Shown: piece after piece, positions 17,745 through 26,967 of the stretch
How the letters are laid out: each line of letters begins with the position of its first letter
Position numbering within the stretch: position 1 is the stretch's first letter
NCBI GenBank assembly: GCA_963735115.1
Contig: CAVTJR010000003.1
Span: forward strand, 1,352,641-1,416,640
DNA length: 64,000 nt
Source: an uncultured Actinomycetota bacterium
GTDB lineage: Bacteria > Actinomycetota > Acidimicrobiia > Acidimicrobiales > Bog-793
Reading direction: 5' to 3'
Made by a program: the position numbers and the translations under genes
Notes under the pieces: model-generated
The model's input: only the letters and a program-made list of their open reading frames with translations
Databases searched by the model: none
What the model was told of the DNA's origin: nothing

Positions 17745-18692
17745 TCAGCGACCTTCGAGCAGCTCCCGCCGCTTGGTTTCGTACTCGGCGTTCGTGATCA
17801 CCCCTAGCCGGAGCAGCTCGTCGAGCCGCGTCAGCTCCTCACTCGACGATGACGGCAGCGAGTCAGCCGGCGCCGGAACCGGCTGGGCGGCTGGAGGCGC
17901 GACCGGAGGCGGGGCGTACTGCTGGGACACCTGCTGCTGCGGGTACTGGGGCGAGGGTTGCTCGGGTAGCGGTGACGGCGTCGGGTAGGTCGGAGGTTGC
18001 GGTTGCACCGGGTGCTGCGCTGGCTCGTACCGGGGTGGTTGGTACTGGGGCGGCTGGTACTGTGCCGGCTGGTACTGGGGTTGCGGGTTCGGCTGGGCGT
18101 ACTGGGGTGGAGGCTGGTTCTGCGCCGGCTGGTACTGGGGTTGCGGGTTGGGCGGGGCGTACTGGGGCTGCTCGTAGGCGCCCTGGGGTGGGTACGCGCC
18201 AGCGCCGTAGCCCGCCGCTGGGGGCGAGATCAGCCGGTTCATCAGCGACTGAACGGCGGCGGGATGCCGTATGTCCGGGAACGGCTCCTCGCCTCCGGCG
18301 CCGGCTGACTGAATCGTCAGGCTGCCGGCACCCACGAGGCGCTCGACGATGCTCTGCGAGTACGTCACGTCTTGCACGCGGTCGAGGGGGATCTCACGAC
18401 CGAGACGGCGCAGGACACCCGTTCGATACACGACCCGCCGGTTCGTGAGCACGAGCGTGGTGGAGCGCCACACGCCGATCTTGCCGAGCACCCAGAGGAA
18501 GAACACACCGGCGATGCCGAGAAGCACCCAGCCCACCCACAGTGGAGCATGTGTCCACTCCACCACGACGGTGACAGAGGCGGCGACGACCAGCAGGAAC
18601 AGCGACACGCGAGGGACGAGGATCGACCAGTTCGGGTGCGCCTCAAGGACGATGTCCTCGCCCGGGGCGAGGAGCTTGCGAGGAAAGGCCAT
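17745..18692 (-). CDS. Membrane bPH_2 (YdbT-like PH) domain protein with a P/Q/Y-rich linker and C-terminal SHOCT-like domain
   Basis: The N-terminal part MAFPRKLLAPGEDIVLEAHPNW has two TM helices, followed by TNRRVVYRTG...IPLDRVQDV. Then comes a long QPQYQP-type low-complexity stretch. The C-terminal end is LTRLDELLRLGVITNAEYETKRRELL. Confidence 0.8.
   Translation of the reverse strand: MAFPRKLLAPGEDIVLEAHPNWSILVPRVSLFLLVVAASVTVVVEWTHAPLWVGWVLLGIAGVFFLWVLGKIGVWRSTTLVLTNRRVVYRTGVLRRLGREIPLDRVQDVTYSQSIVERLVGAGSLTIQSAGAGGEEPFPDIRHPAAVQSLMNRLISPPAAGYGAGAYPPQGAYEQPQYAPPNPQPQYQPAQNQPPPQYAQPNPQPQYQPAQYQPPQYQPPRYEPAQHPVQPQPPTYPTPSPLPEQPSPQYPQQQVSQQYAPPPVAPPAAQPVPAPADSLPSSSSEELTRLDELLRLGVITNAEYETKRRELLEGR
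18061..18167. repeat. Tandem ~60-bp duplication inside the PQ-rich linker coding region
   Basis: tgYgccggctggtactggggttgcgggttSgg..gggcgtactgggg occurs at 18061 and again at 18121. It encodes QPNPQPQYQPAQ-type repeats. Confidence 0.8.
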
Positions 18693-18708
18693 TGGGCTGT
18701 CTCTTCGC

Positions 18709-19917
18709 TCAGCCGAGCTTGCCGGAGATCGCACCGGCGCCCCGCAGCACCGTCCCGTCGGCCCCTGCGACCGAGAAACTCACCGACGGCCTTGCGATCG
18801 CCTCCCCCAGCAGATCGAGCAGCAACCTGGCGAACGGCACGGGCGGGTCGATCCAGAGATAGCGGGCGAGCGAGCCCGGGATCGTGTTCACCTCGTTCAC
18901 GAAGACCGCCTCGCCGTCGGACAGGAAGTCGATGCGGGCGACACCGCGCACGCCGACAAGATGCGCCACCTCGGGCGCGATGGTACGGAGCTCTCGTTCG
19001 AGCTCGGGGCTGATGCGCGCGGGTAGCTCGCGCGGCGCCGTCGTCATCCCCTCCGGCCCGACGTACTTGTCCGAGTAGGCGAGGATCTCGCCGGCTCGCG
19101 TCCGCAACGGCTTCTCGATCGCCGAGAGCTGCACTTCGGGCCAGAGGCGCACTCCGATCTGCAGGTCGAACAGCTCCGGTTGGTACGGCTCGAGGACCGC
19201 CCCGCGTTTCAAGTGCGGGTTCACCCGCAGGCGTGCACGGGCCGTCTCGTAGTCCGCCACGACCTCGACGCCGATCGACGAGCCACCGAAGCGGGGCTTC
19301 ACGATGTAAGGCCCGGGAAAGCTGGGCGGGGGGACGGCCTCGGACAACGGGACCCTGGGAAGCATCTGCATCCAGGCGGAGGCGGCCATGGCGCTGAACA
19401 CGAGCTTGTCCATCCCGATGAGGGCCCCGGCCATGTTTGGGCCCGTGTACGGCAGGCCGATCATGTCGAGCGCCCCCTGCAACGAGCCATCCTCACCGGG
19501 TCCCCCGTGGCAGCAGACCAGCACGGCGTCGACTTCGATGAGCTGCTCCTTCGATCCGAAGCGTCCTCCCCGCTGAGCGAAGAAACCCCCACCCGCCCCC
19601 ACCACCAGCCGCAACGGCCCGGCACCGGCGGGTACGCCCTGAACGAAGGCAGACGCCTCGAGGTTCGTGGGCACCTCGAACCACTCGCCCGTCTTCGACC
19701 AGTAGAAAGAGTGCAGCTCACCGATGTTGGGCACCTGGTTGAAGCCCCGCAACACCTGCAGGCCCGTCAGGATCGAGACGTCGTGCTCCGGGGACGGCCC
19801 GCCGAAGACGACGGCGATCCGAGCGAGCGCCCCTCCGCTGCGAAGCCCGACCGCCCCCGTGATCCCGAGCGCGCCGCGTTCGTCGAAGGTGAGCCGGCGG
19901 CCCCTGTTCAAACCCAT
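18709..19917 (-). CDS. ddl: D-alanine--D-alanine ligase family ATP-grasp enzyme
   Basis: The sequence shows RIAVVFGGPSPEHDVSILTG..., GEDGSLQGALDMIGLPYTG, YIVKPRFGGSSIGV and RIDFL...VFVNEVNTIPGS. The start is either ATG 19917 or GTG 19929. Confidence 0.85.
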   Translation of the reverse strand: MGLNRGRRLTFDERGALGITGAVGLRSGGALARIAVVFGGPSPEHDVSILTGLQVLRGFNQVPNIGELHSFYWSKTGEWFEVPTNLEASAFVQGVPAGAGPLRLVVGAGGGFFAQRGGRFGSKEQLIEVDAVLVCCHGGPGEDGSLQGALDMIGLPYTGPNMAGALIGMDKLVFSAMAASAWMQMLPRVPLSEAVPPPSFPGPYIVKPRFGGSSIGVEVVADYETARARLRVNPHLKRGAVLEPYQPELFDLQIGVRLWPEVQLSAIEKPLRTRAGEILAYSDKYVGPEGMTTAPRELPARISPELERELRTIAPEVAHLVGVRGVARIDFLSDGEAVFVNEVNTIPGSLARYLWIDPPVPFARLLLDLLGEAIARPSVSFSVAGADGTVLRGAGAISGKLG

Positions 19918-20018
19918 TGCGGCGCTCACTCTAGCGGCAGCTAGCAGGTTGTAAGGGGATCGAAAGGGCGTCTCGGGGGGTTTCGGACGGACGACGAGAT
20001 GCGGGCTGACGAGGGCGA

Positions 20019-21572
20019 TCAGGGGAAGTGATCGGGCAGATCGTTCTCGTAAAGGACGGCGTCTCCAGGGCCGAGATTCTGGCGGGCCCAGGCGACCGCT
20101 TCGTCGAGTCGATCGACAAGAAGCACCGAGGCGCCATCGGCTCGGCGGCGTGCCCCTTCGGACAGCGCCCGGCGGTTCGTGCGTGCCACGACGACAAGGT
20201 CGGAGACGACAGCGGCGGCGGCCTCGGCCAGGGCGGCATTCTCGTAGGCCTGCTGCCTGCCGAGCTCCACCATGCCGGGCGTCACGAGCACTCGGCGGCC
20301 CCGCGGTGCCTCGAGCTGCAAGCGGGCAAGAGCGAGGCGGGCGCCCGCCGGATTCGAGTTGAAGGTGTCATCGAGCACGACATAGCCGGCCTCGGCGACG
20401 TAGCGCTGCAGCCGGTTGGCCGGCACGGGCAGGGTGGCCAGCCTCGGCAACAGCGTCTCCGCCTCGACACCCAGCTCCAGAGCGACGCCGGCGGCGCAGG
20501 CGGCGTTCGAAAGGGCCGTAGGCCGGTCCGCCACCGCTGTCATGGCCGTCCCGAGGCGCCGCCCGCCAACGCGAAGCTCGATGCCGTCCGGCACCGCCAG
20601 CACGGCGACGTCGGCTTCCGAGCTGCAGCCGGAGGCGCCCACGACGTGCTTGCCGGCGCTCACGAGCTGCTTGGCCAGGCCGGCGAGCCGTTCGTCGTCG
20701 ATGTTGAGCACGACAACGCGTGCCCTCTCGGTGATCTCCGCCTTCGCCTTCAGCGTGCGATCGAGGCTCTTGAAGCGCTCGAGGTGAGCAGGACCGATCG
20801 CCGTGATGACGGCGATCTCCGGCGGCATCCAGGTGCAGAGCTCGGCGATCTCACCTGGCCCGTAGGCGCCCATCTCGGCCACGAGCACCTCCGTGGCCGG
20901 TCCGAGGTGCTCATTGATGGTACGCGACAAGCCGGCGCGGTTGTTGTAGCTCTGCGGGCTGGCCAGCGTGTCCTTGGCGGCGCTCACGAGATGGGCGATG
21001 TAGCCCTTCGTGGTCGTCTTGCCGTACGAACCGGTGACGGCGACGACGACCGGGTGCACCCGCTCCAGCCGAGCGGTTGCCTGACGAACGTAGGACGTGG
21101 CGAGGCGGGTTTCGATCGGGCGCGTGACGGCGAGACACAGGTCGAGCGCGACTGGCGCCAGCAGGCACAGGCATGCGGCCGCAACGACCGCTCCGTGCAG
21201 GCCGGCGATGGCGGCGCCGAGGGCGACGGCCAACCCCTCGAGGAGGCCCACGGCCAACGCGAGCGCCGTGAGCCGACGCGTCCAGACGAGCCTCGACGTC
21301 CGCCCGCGGACGCCAAGGCGCCGGGGTGCGGCGATGGCCACGGCGGCGGGGAGGACGGCGGCCGGTGCGACGAAGGCCGAAGCGACGATGCCGAGGACGC
21401 CGGCGAGCGAGAGGATGGCGTCAACCGGCGTGCTCTGCCACCAGCGGAGGGCGAAACGTGTGGCGGACCCCGCCAAGTAGTGCTCCCGCTGGGCCACCCG
21501 CAGCCACTTCAGCGAGCCGACGATGGTGCCCGCCAGGGCGACCGCCAGGCTGACGCTGGTGATCGCCGTCAC
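20019..21572 (-). CDS. Mur ligase family protein, MurF-like, with an N-terminal multi-TM domain
   Basis: The first ~150 aa are hydrophobic helices. They are followed by VAVTGSYGKTTTKGYIAHL (P-loop), SPQSYNNRAGLSRT, VITAIGPAHLERF and DDTFNSNPAGARLAL (MurF-like). The GTG start overlaps the upstream hydrolase stop (GTGA). Confidence 0.85.
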   Translation of the reverse strand: MTAITSVSLAVALAGTIVGSLKWLRVAQREHYLAGSATRFALRWWQSTPVDAILSLAGVLGIVASAFVAPAAVLPAAVAIAAPRRLGVRGRTSRLVWTRRLTALALAVGLLEGLAVALGAAIAGLHGAVVAAACLCLLAPVALDLCLAVTRPIETRLATSYVRQATARLERVHPVVVAVTGSYGKTTTKGYIAHLVSAAKDTLASPQSYNNRAGLSRTINEHLGPATEVLVAEMGAYGPGEIAELCTWMPPEIAVITAIGPAHLERFKSLDRTLKAKAEITERARVVVLNIDDERLAGLAKQLVSAGKHVVGASGCSSEADVAVLAVPDGIELRVGGRRLGTAMTAVADRPTALSNAACAAGVALELGVEAETLLPRLATLPVPANRLQRYVAEAGYVVLDDTFNSNPAGARLALARLQLEAPRGRRVLVTPGMVELGRQQAYENAALAEAAAAVVSDLVVVARTNRRALSEGARRRADGASVLLVDRLDEAVAWARQNLGPGDAVLYENDLPDHFP

Positions 21573-22354
21573 GGAAGCAGGCGTTCGATGGCAGCCCGTA
21601 GCTCACCGGGCACGCTCATCGGCGTCATGTGTCCGGCACCTTCGCACACGACGAGATGGGCACCGCCCGGAATGGCGGCTTGGATCTTGTGGGCGACCGC
21701 GAGCGGCACAGCCGTGTCGTCGTCACCCCACACGAGCTCGACGGGACATGCGATCTGCGAGAGCGCCTCGGTGTAGTCCTCCTGCACGAGGGTCACGAAG
21801 ACGTCCCGCATCACACCGCTGGCCGCTTTGTAGTCGGCCGAGCCGTACCGCTGGCGATGCTGCTCGAGGCGCCCTTCCGAGACGAGGCCGACACCTGCCA
21901 ATCTTTTGACGACCCTGAAGCGGAGGGGCGAACGGCGGGCAGCCGCCGAGCGGAACAGCGGGACTCCCGTGAGCACGAGGCCGCCGATGCGCTCCGGGGC
22001 GATGGCTGCCAGGTGGACACCCACCCGCCCGCCGAACGAATGGCCGATCACGACCACCCGGGCCTGCATCTCCTCGAGCAGCGGCAAGAGCGCCTCTGCG
22101 TAGCGGGGTGACCCCCACACCTCCGCCGGAGGTGGCGTTCCCCCGAAGCCGGGCAGGTCGAGGGCGATAGCGTCGAGCGCCGGCTCGGGTTCGGTGAGCG
22201 TGGCGACGAAGTCCTGATGGTCTCGACGCCAGCCGTGCAGCGCTAGCACAACGGGGGTACCGGCCCCGTAGGACTCACCAAACAGCTGTGCGCCGGCAAA
22301 GGAGGTCAGCACCGCTTGGAACATACCTGAGGCGAGGCCTCGCCCCGGTGACAC
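21569..22354 (-). CDS. Alpha/beta hydrolase
   Basis: The sequence shows VVLALHGW..., VVVIGHSFGGRVG (nucleophile elbow) and ...CEGAGHMTP. The start may instead be ATG 22324. Confidence 0.85.
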   Translation of the reverse strand: MSPGRGLASGMFQAVLTSFAGAQLFGESYGAGTPVVLALHGWRRDHQDFVATLTEPEPALDAIALDLPGFGGTPPPAEVWGSPRYAEALLPLLEEMQARVVVIGHSFGGRVGVHLAAIAPERIGGLVLTGVPLFRSAAARRSPLRFRVVKRLAGVGLVSEGRLEQHRQRYGSADYKAASGVMRDVFVTLVQEDYTEALSQIACPVELVWGDDDTAVPLAVAHKIQAAIPGGAHLVVCEGAGHMTPMSVPGELRAAIERLLP

Positions 22355-22376
22355 AGTCCCGCGGTACCGTCATCAT

Positions 22377-24240
22377 GTGGCCGACGATCGGAGCACTCGC
22401 GACTGGACGCGCCCGGCGGGCGACCTCCTCGCCGGATGCGACCCCGAGCAGATCGAGGCGATCACCACCACGGCGACGCCGCTGTGCGTGCTGGCGGGAG
22501 CCGGCTCGGGCAAGACGCGGGTGCTCACCCGACGGATCGCCTGGCGGGTGACGAACGGCTCTGCCACCGCCGCTCATGTCCTCGCCCTCACCTTCACCCG
22601 CAAGGCAGCCACCGAGCTGCGATCGCGGCTGGCGACACTCGGGCTTCCGGAGGCCGTCACGGCCGGGACGTTCCACTCCGTCGCGCTCTCCGAGCTGAAG
22701 CGCCTCGCCGCCGAGCAGGGGCGGCGTCCGCCGGTCGTGCTCAGCTCCAAGGTGCGCATGTTGATGAACGTGCTCGACGACGCCGGCATGCCTGCCCGCA
22801 TATCACCCAAGCGGCGAGCGGCCGGGAGCGCGCCGGCTCGGGGCGCTCAGAGGTCCGTGGCGGATTCTCGCCTCCGAGATCGAATGGGCGAAGTCGCGCT
22901 GCCTGCGTCCCGACGAGCTCGTGCGGGCGTCCGCCTTTGCCGGTCGACGGGGCACCTGGGACCCCACGGAGGTGGCAGAGGTGTGGGAGCGCTATGAGCT
23001 CCACAAGCACCGCCGCGGCGTGCTCGATTTCGAGGACCTGCTCGATCGCTGCACCCAGCAGCTGCTGAGCGATCACGAGTTCGCCGCGTCCGCTCGCTGG
23101 CGCTTCCGGCACCTGTTCGTCGACGAGTATCAGGACGTCAACGACGCTCAACAACGCCTCCTGCGCGCCTGGCTCGGCTCCAACGACGATCTCTGCGTCG
23201 TGGGCGATCCACATCAGGCGATCTACTCGTGGAACGGGTCGAACCCGCGCGCCATCACCGATTTCGGCGAGGACTACCCGGCGGCCTCGATCCTGCGGCT
23301 GTCGATCAACTACCGCTCCACACACGAGGTGCTGACGGTTGCCGGCGCCGTCCTCGGGCAGACACGGGCGGCGCAGGCGGGAGGGGTGCGCCCCGAGGGG
23401 CCGATCCCGACGGTCGTTTCCTATGCCGACGAGAGGGCGGAAGCAGCCGGGGTGGCCGAGGTTGCCCGGCGCGCCAAGCGACCCGGGCGGTCCTGGTCGC
23501 AGATCGCCGTGTTGGCGCGCACGAACGCCCAACTGGGCGCCTTCGAGGAGGCGTTCTCCTCTCGCGGTGTTCCCTGCCATGTCGTCAGTGCGGCCGGTCT
23601 GCTCGGAAAGCCGTGGGTGCAGGAAGCGGTGAGAGCGGCCGCTCATACGCCGGACACGGCTGCGCTCGCCGCCTGGACCGCCGACCTCGCCTCGAGCGTG
23701 AGGGCAGGGCACGACGACGAGCAATCGGACGAGGAGGAGGCCGTTCAAGACGACGCTCGGCTCGATCTGTCGGCGTTGGTCCGCCTCGCCGGCGAGTACT
23801 TGGCGGAGGATGTCTTTGCGAACGGGGCGGGTTTCAGGAATTGGCTCGAGGCCGCCCACGGGCGCGAGCAGGATCCCGTGCGCCGCGATGCCGTCGAGCT
23901 CACGACATTCCACCGCGCCAAAGGACTCGAATGGGCCATCGTCTTCGTCACCGGCCTCGAGGACGGTTATGTCCCCATCGCCCACGCCCGTGATCCTGAC
24001 GCCCTCGCCGAAGAGCGCAGGCTGCTGTACGTCGCCTGCACACGCGCTGAGGAGGAGCTGCATTGCTCGTGGGCGGCCGAGCGCTCCTTCGCCTCGAGCG
24101 GGCCGATCCCGCGTGTTCCCTCGCCCTGGCTCTGCGCAATCGAAGCCGCTCACCGGGATCTGCAGCGTTTGCGCAGAGCTGCCCCAGAGGCGGCCCGACG
24201 GGCCCTGGCCGACAGCCGGCGCGCCCTCGAGGGAGCGTGA
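22377..24240 (+). pseudogene. UvrD/PcrA-family helicase, frame-disrupted
   Basis: Frame 0 (22377-~22800) reads LCVLAGAGSGKTRVLTRRIAW...LTFTRKAA...AGTFHS. Frame +1 (open from ~22765, recognisable helicase sequence from ~22860) reads ILASEIEWAKSRCLRPDEL...HLFVDEYQDVN...VVGDPHQAIYSWNG...INYRST...TFHRAKGLEW...LLYVACTRAEEEL. A one-nucleotide shift is needed between ~22790 and 22865. Confidence 0.75.
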
Positions 24241-24455
24241 CGCATCGCCGTCGATATCGGTCGAGCGCACTTGCCGGCGTCTTCAGCCCATTGTTCTCCG
24301 CGGGGGTGTCCGGCGGTTGTAGGCTGTTCACGCGAAGTGACGGCTCGGCTACTCAGAGCCGTAGATGTGTGAGTGTACGGCGGGCTCGCATGAGGCGTCG
24401 TATGGTCGACCTCCAAGTGGCGCGCTAGCGTTGGGGATCGGGAGGAGGATGCCGG

Positions 24456-24944
24456 ATGGCGAATGCTGACACGAGAGCGGCAGACCTTGAGGCGCGCAAC
24501 CAGTACCTGGGAATCATCGACGACGCCTGGGAGATCTACCGGGAAGCCGTCGAGCGGGCCTGGGATGCATTCGAGACCGCCCTCGATCCCGCCCGAGTCG
24601 CCTACGAGCAGATGCAGTCGACGGCCGAGAGCACGCACGGCCAGCAGATCGACGAAGCATGGGCGTTGTACAAGCAGGCCGTCGCCAACGCCCCATCGAC
24701 CATGCGCCGTGACATCGTGGCCCAGGCGAGAGCGACCTACAACGAGACGGCGGCGCAGGTTCGCAAGACCTACAACGAGAACATGGCGATCGCCAGGGAC
24801 GACTACCTACGCAACGTGAACGACGCCCGCAACACCTACCGGGCGGCCGTCGATGGTGAGCTGGACGCCCACCGCGAGGCCGTGCGGGGTGCTTGGGGCA
24901 ACTACCTCGAGATGGTCGATTCGCACCTCATGGTCGACGACTGA
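24456..24944 (+). CDS. Hypothetical helical-repeat protein
   Basis: The 162-aa ORF is preceded by GGGAGGAGG. It has internally repetitive A/Y/W-containing helical segments (DDAWEIYREAVERAW, DEAWALYKQAV, ARATYNETAAQVRKTYNENMA, ARNTYRAAV). I recognise no family. Confidence 0.55.
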   Translation: MANADTRAADLEARNQYLGIIDDAWEIYREAVERAWDAFETALDPARVAYEQMQSTAESTHGQQIDEAWALYKQAVANAPSTMRRDIVAQARATYNETAAQVRKTYNENMAIARDDYLRNVNDARNTYRAAVDGELDAHREAVRGAWGNYLEMVDSHLMVDD

Positions 24945-24989
24945 GGAGACTTCAACTCCGCCCACTCGCACAAGTGCACATAATTCGGG

Positions 24990-25457
24990 TTGAATGCTGG
25001 TGTGCACATCTCTGCCCGGGTCGAATATGCCCTTCGAGCCCTCTGTACCCTCGCTGCCCGAAACGGTGAACCGCTCACCGCAGAGGAGCTCGCCAATGCT
25101 CAAGGCCTCCCCGTACGCTTCCTGCGAGCCATTCTGAACGAGCTTCGTCGCGTCGGCATCGTCACCAGCCAGCGGGGCAACGAGGGCGGCTACCAGCTCG
25201 CTCGGCCGGCGTCGGAGATCACGATAGGCGAGGTCTTTCGTCGCCTGGAGGGTCCTCTCGCCGAAGTGCGCGGAGTCCGCCCGGAAGCGACCACCTACGA
25301 AGCGGCCGCCGAGCACCTGCAGTCCGTCTGGGTGGCCGTGCGAGCCTGCCTGCGTAACGTCCTCGACGAAGTCAGCCTCGAGCAAGTGGTGACTGGCGAC
25401 CTGCCGGAACACGTGCGCAAGATGCTCGCCCAACCGGACGCCTGGGACCCCCGCTGA
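24990..25457 (+). CDS. Rrf2 family transcriptional regulator
   Basis: The sequence reads ISARVEYALRALCTLAARNGEPLTAEELANAQGLPVRFLRAILNELRRVGIVTSQRGNEGGYQLARP. It has no three-Cys Fe-S ligand cluster. Confidence 0.9.
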   Translation: MNAGVHISARVEYALRALCTLAARNGEPLTAEELANAQGLPVRFLRAILNELRRVGIVTSQRGNEGGYQLARPASEITIGEVFRRLEGPLAEVRGVRPEATTYEAAAEHLQSVWVAVRACLRNVLDEVSLEQVVTGDLPEHVRKMLAQPDAWDPR

Positions 25458-25493
25458 GCCGTCTTGCAGCACTGCCGCCCGGCGGCGAGACGC

Positions 25494-26744
25494 TCAGACC
25501 GCGCGCAGTTCGAACGCCGGCTCGCTTCGCCAACCCGGCTTGGCAAGCACGATCTGCACGTCGCTGATGTGGCGCTCCAGGAAGGCTGCTTCGCAGTAGC
25601 ACAGGTACAGATCCCAGAGGCGCTGGAAGCGCTCATCGAGCCCAGCATCCCGCAGGCGAGACCGGCCGGCTCGAAGGGCGATGTCCCAACGGCGGAGGGT
25701 TTCTGCGTAGTGGCGGCCGATGTCCTCGAGGTCGATGACGATGAGGTCCGTGGCGCGACGTGCAGAGCGGACGATCGCCTCGATCGACGGGATGCACCCG
25801 CCAGGGAAGATCATCTTGCGGATGAAGTCGTCGTGGAGCTTGGCGCGCTCGTAGCTACGGTCAGCGATCGTGATGGCCTGCAGTGCCATCAACCCCTGCG
25901 GGCGCAGCAGTCGCGAGCAGGCTCCGAAGAACGCGTCGTGCGCGCGCCAGTCGACAGCCTCGATCATCTCGATGGAGACGAGCTTGTCGTATCGCCCTTC
26001 GAGCTCCCGGTAGTCGCGTCCGAGCACCGTCACACGGTCCGCTAGCCCCGCTTCTGCCACCTTCTTGGCGGCCACCTCCCGCTGGGCGTCGGAGATGGTC
26101 GTCGTCGTCACCCGGCAGCCGTAGCGCTCGGCCGCGTGGATGGCGAAACCACCCCATCCCGTTCCGATCTCGACGACATCGTCCTCCGGGCGGAGTCGCA
26201 GCTTGCGGCAGAGCCGGTCGAACTTCGCCCGCTGGGCCTCGGCCAAGGTGACGCCCGGTCGTTCGAAAACGGCACACGAGTACGCCATCGTCTCGTCGAG
26301 CATGACTTCGAACAGTTCGCCCGGGAGGTCGTAGTGAGCCTGCACGTTGCTGCGGTCCTGGGCGGCCGTCCGCGGGCGCAGCTTCGCCAGCTGATCCACG
26401 AGCGGCGTGGCCGCCTGCCCGAGACCGTCGAGGGCCGACCGGAGCGTCGAGGTGTTGACGATGAGGATTCGCACGAGATCGGTGAGGTCATCGGCATCCC
26501 ACCAGCCCTCTACGTAGCCCTCTCCAAGCCCGACGGAGCCCTTCCTGAGCAGACCCGACCACGCCCGTTCGTCGTGGATGGTGACGTTGACGACTGGTTC
26601 GCCGTCCCCGAGTTTCCAGTGATCGCGGCCGTCCTCGACCACGACGGTTCCGCCGCGAAGGCGCCGACCGAGCAACCGGATCATCCTCGAGGCCTGTGGC
26701 ACACCGTGACGATAGGACCTCAGACCGATCGCCCGCACTGGCAA
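25494..26744 (-). CDS. cfa: Cyclopropane-fatty-acyl-phospholipid synthase family SAM-dependent methyltransferase
   Basis: The sequence reads HYDLPGELFEVMLDETMAYSCAVF...VVEIGTGWGGFAIHAAERYGCRVTTTTIS...IEMIEAV. Confidence 0.9.
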   Translation of the reverse strand: MPVRAIGLRSYRHGVPQASRMIRLLGRRLRGGTVVVEDGRDHWKLGDGEPVVNVTIHDERAWSGLLRKGSVGLGEGYVEGWWDADDLTDLVRILIVNTSTLRSALDGLGQAATPLVDQLAKLRPRTAAQDRSNVQAHYDLPGELFEVMLDETMAYSCAVFERPGVTLAEAQRAKFDRLCRKLRLRPEDDVVEIGTGWGGFAIHAAERYGCRVTTTTISDAQREVAAKKVAEAGLADRVTVLGRDYRELEGRYDKLVSIEMIEAVDWRAHDAFFGACSRLLRPQGLMALQAITIADRSYERAKLHDDFIRKMIFPGGCIPSIEAIVRSARRATDLIVIDLEDIGRHYAETLRRWDIALRAGRSRLRDAGLDERFQRLWDLYLCYCEAAFLERHISDVQIVLAKPGWRSEPAFELRAV

Positions 26745-26967
26745 GGACGGGCTCGAACGGCTGCGACGGCTGCGATTGCCGAATCAGTCGTCCGCAATGT
26801 GCAATTCAACGGAATCCGAAGGCCCGGCGCGCACTTCTCTGCGTTTTTCACGTGACGGCGCCGGTCGGGCGGGCTATGGTTTCCCGGAACTCCAGGGGTG
26901 AGCGGAACGAGCGTGCCGTGGCACGGCCGAGTCACACCTGATCTCGCGTCGCAGGGGGAGGGGCGAA

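Noticed and set aside
20028-21776. A 582-aa ORF on the + strand.
   Set aside because: It is antisense to the MurF-like ligase and alpha/beta hydrolase genes. It has no motifs and junk-like composition.
22741-24270. A 509-aa ORF on the - strand.
   Set aside because: It is antisense to the UvrD-like helicase, whose motifs are unambiguous on the + strand.
26745-26967. A possible riboswitch or leader upstream of the APC permease (220-nt intergenic region with some GC stems).
   Set aside because: I could not match it to any riboswitch consensus I know (glycine, lysine, c-di-AMP/ydaO, SAM). This needs an Rfam scan, so I make no call.
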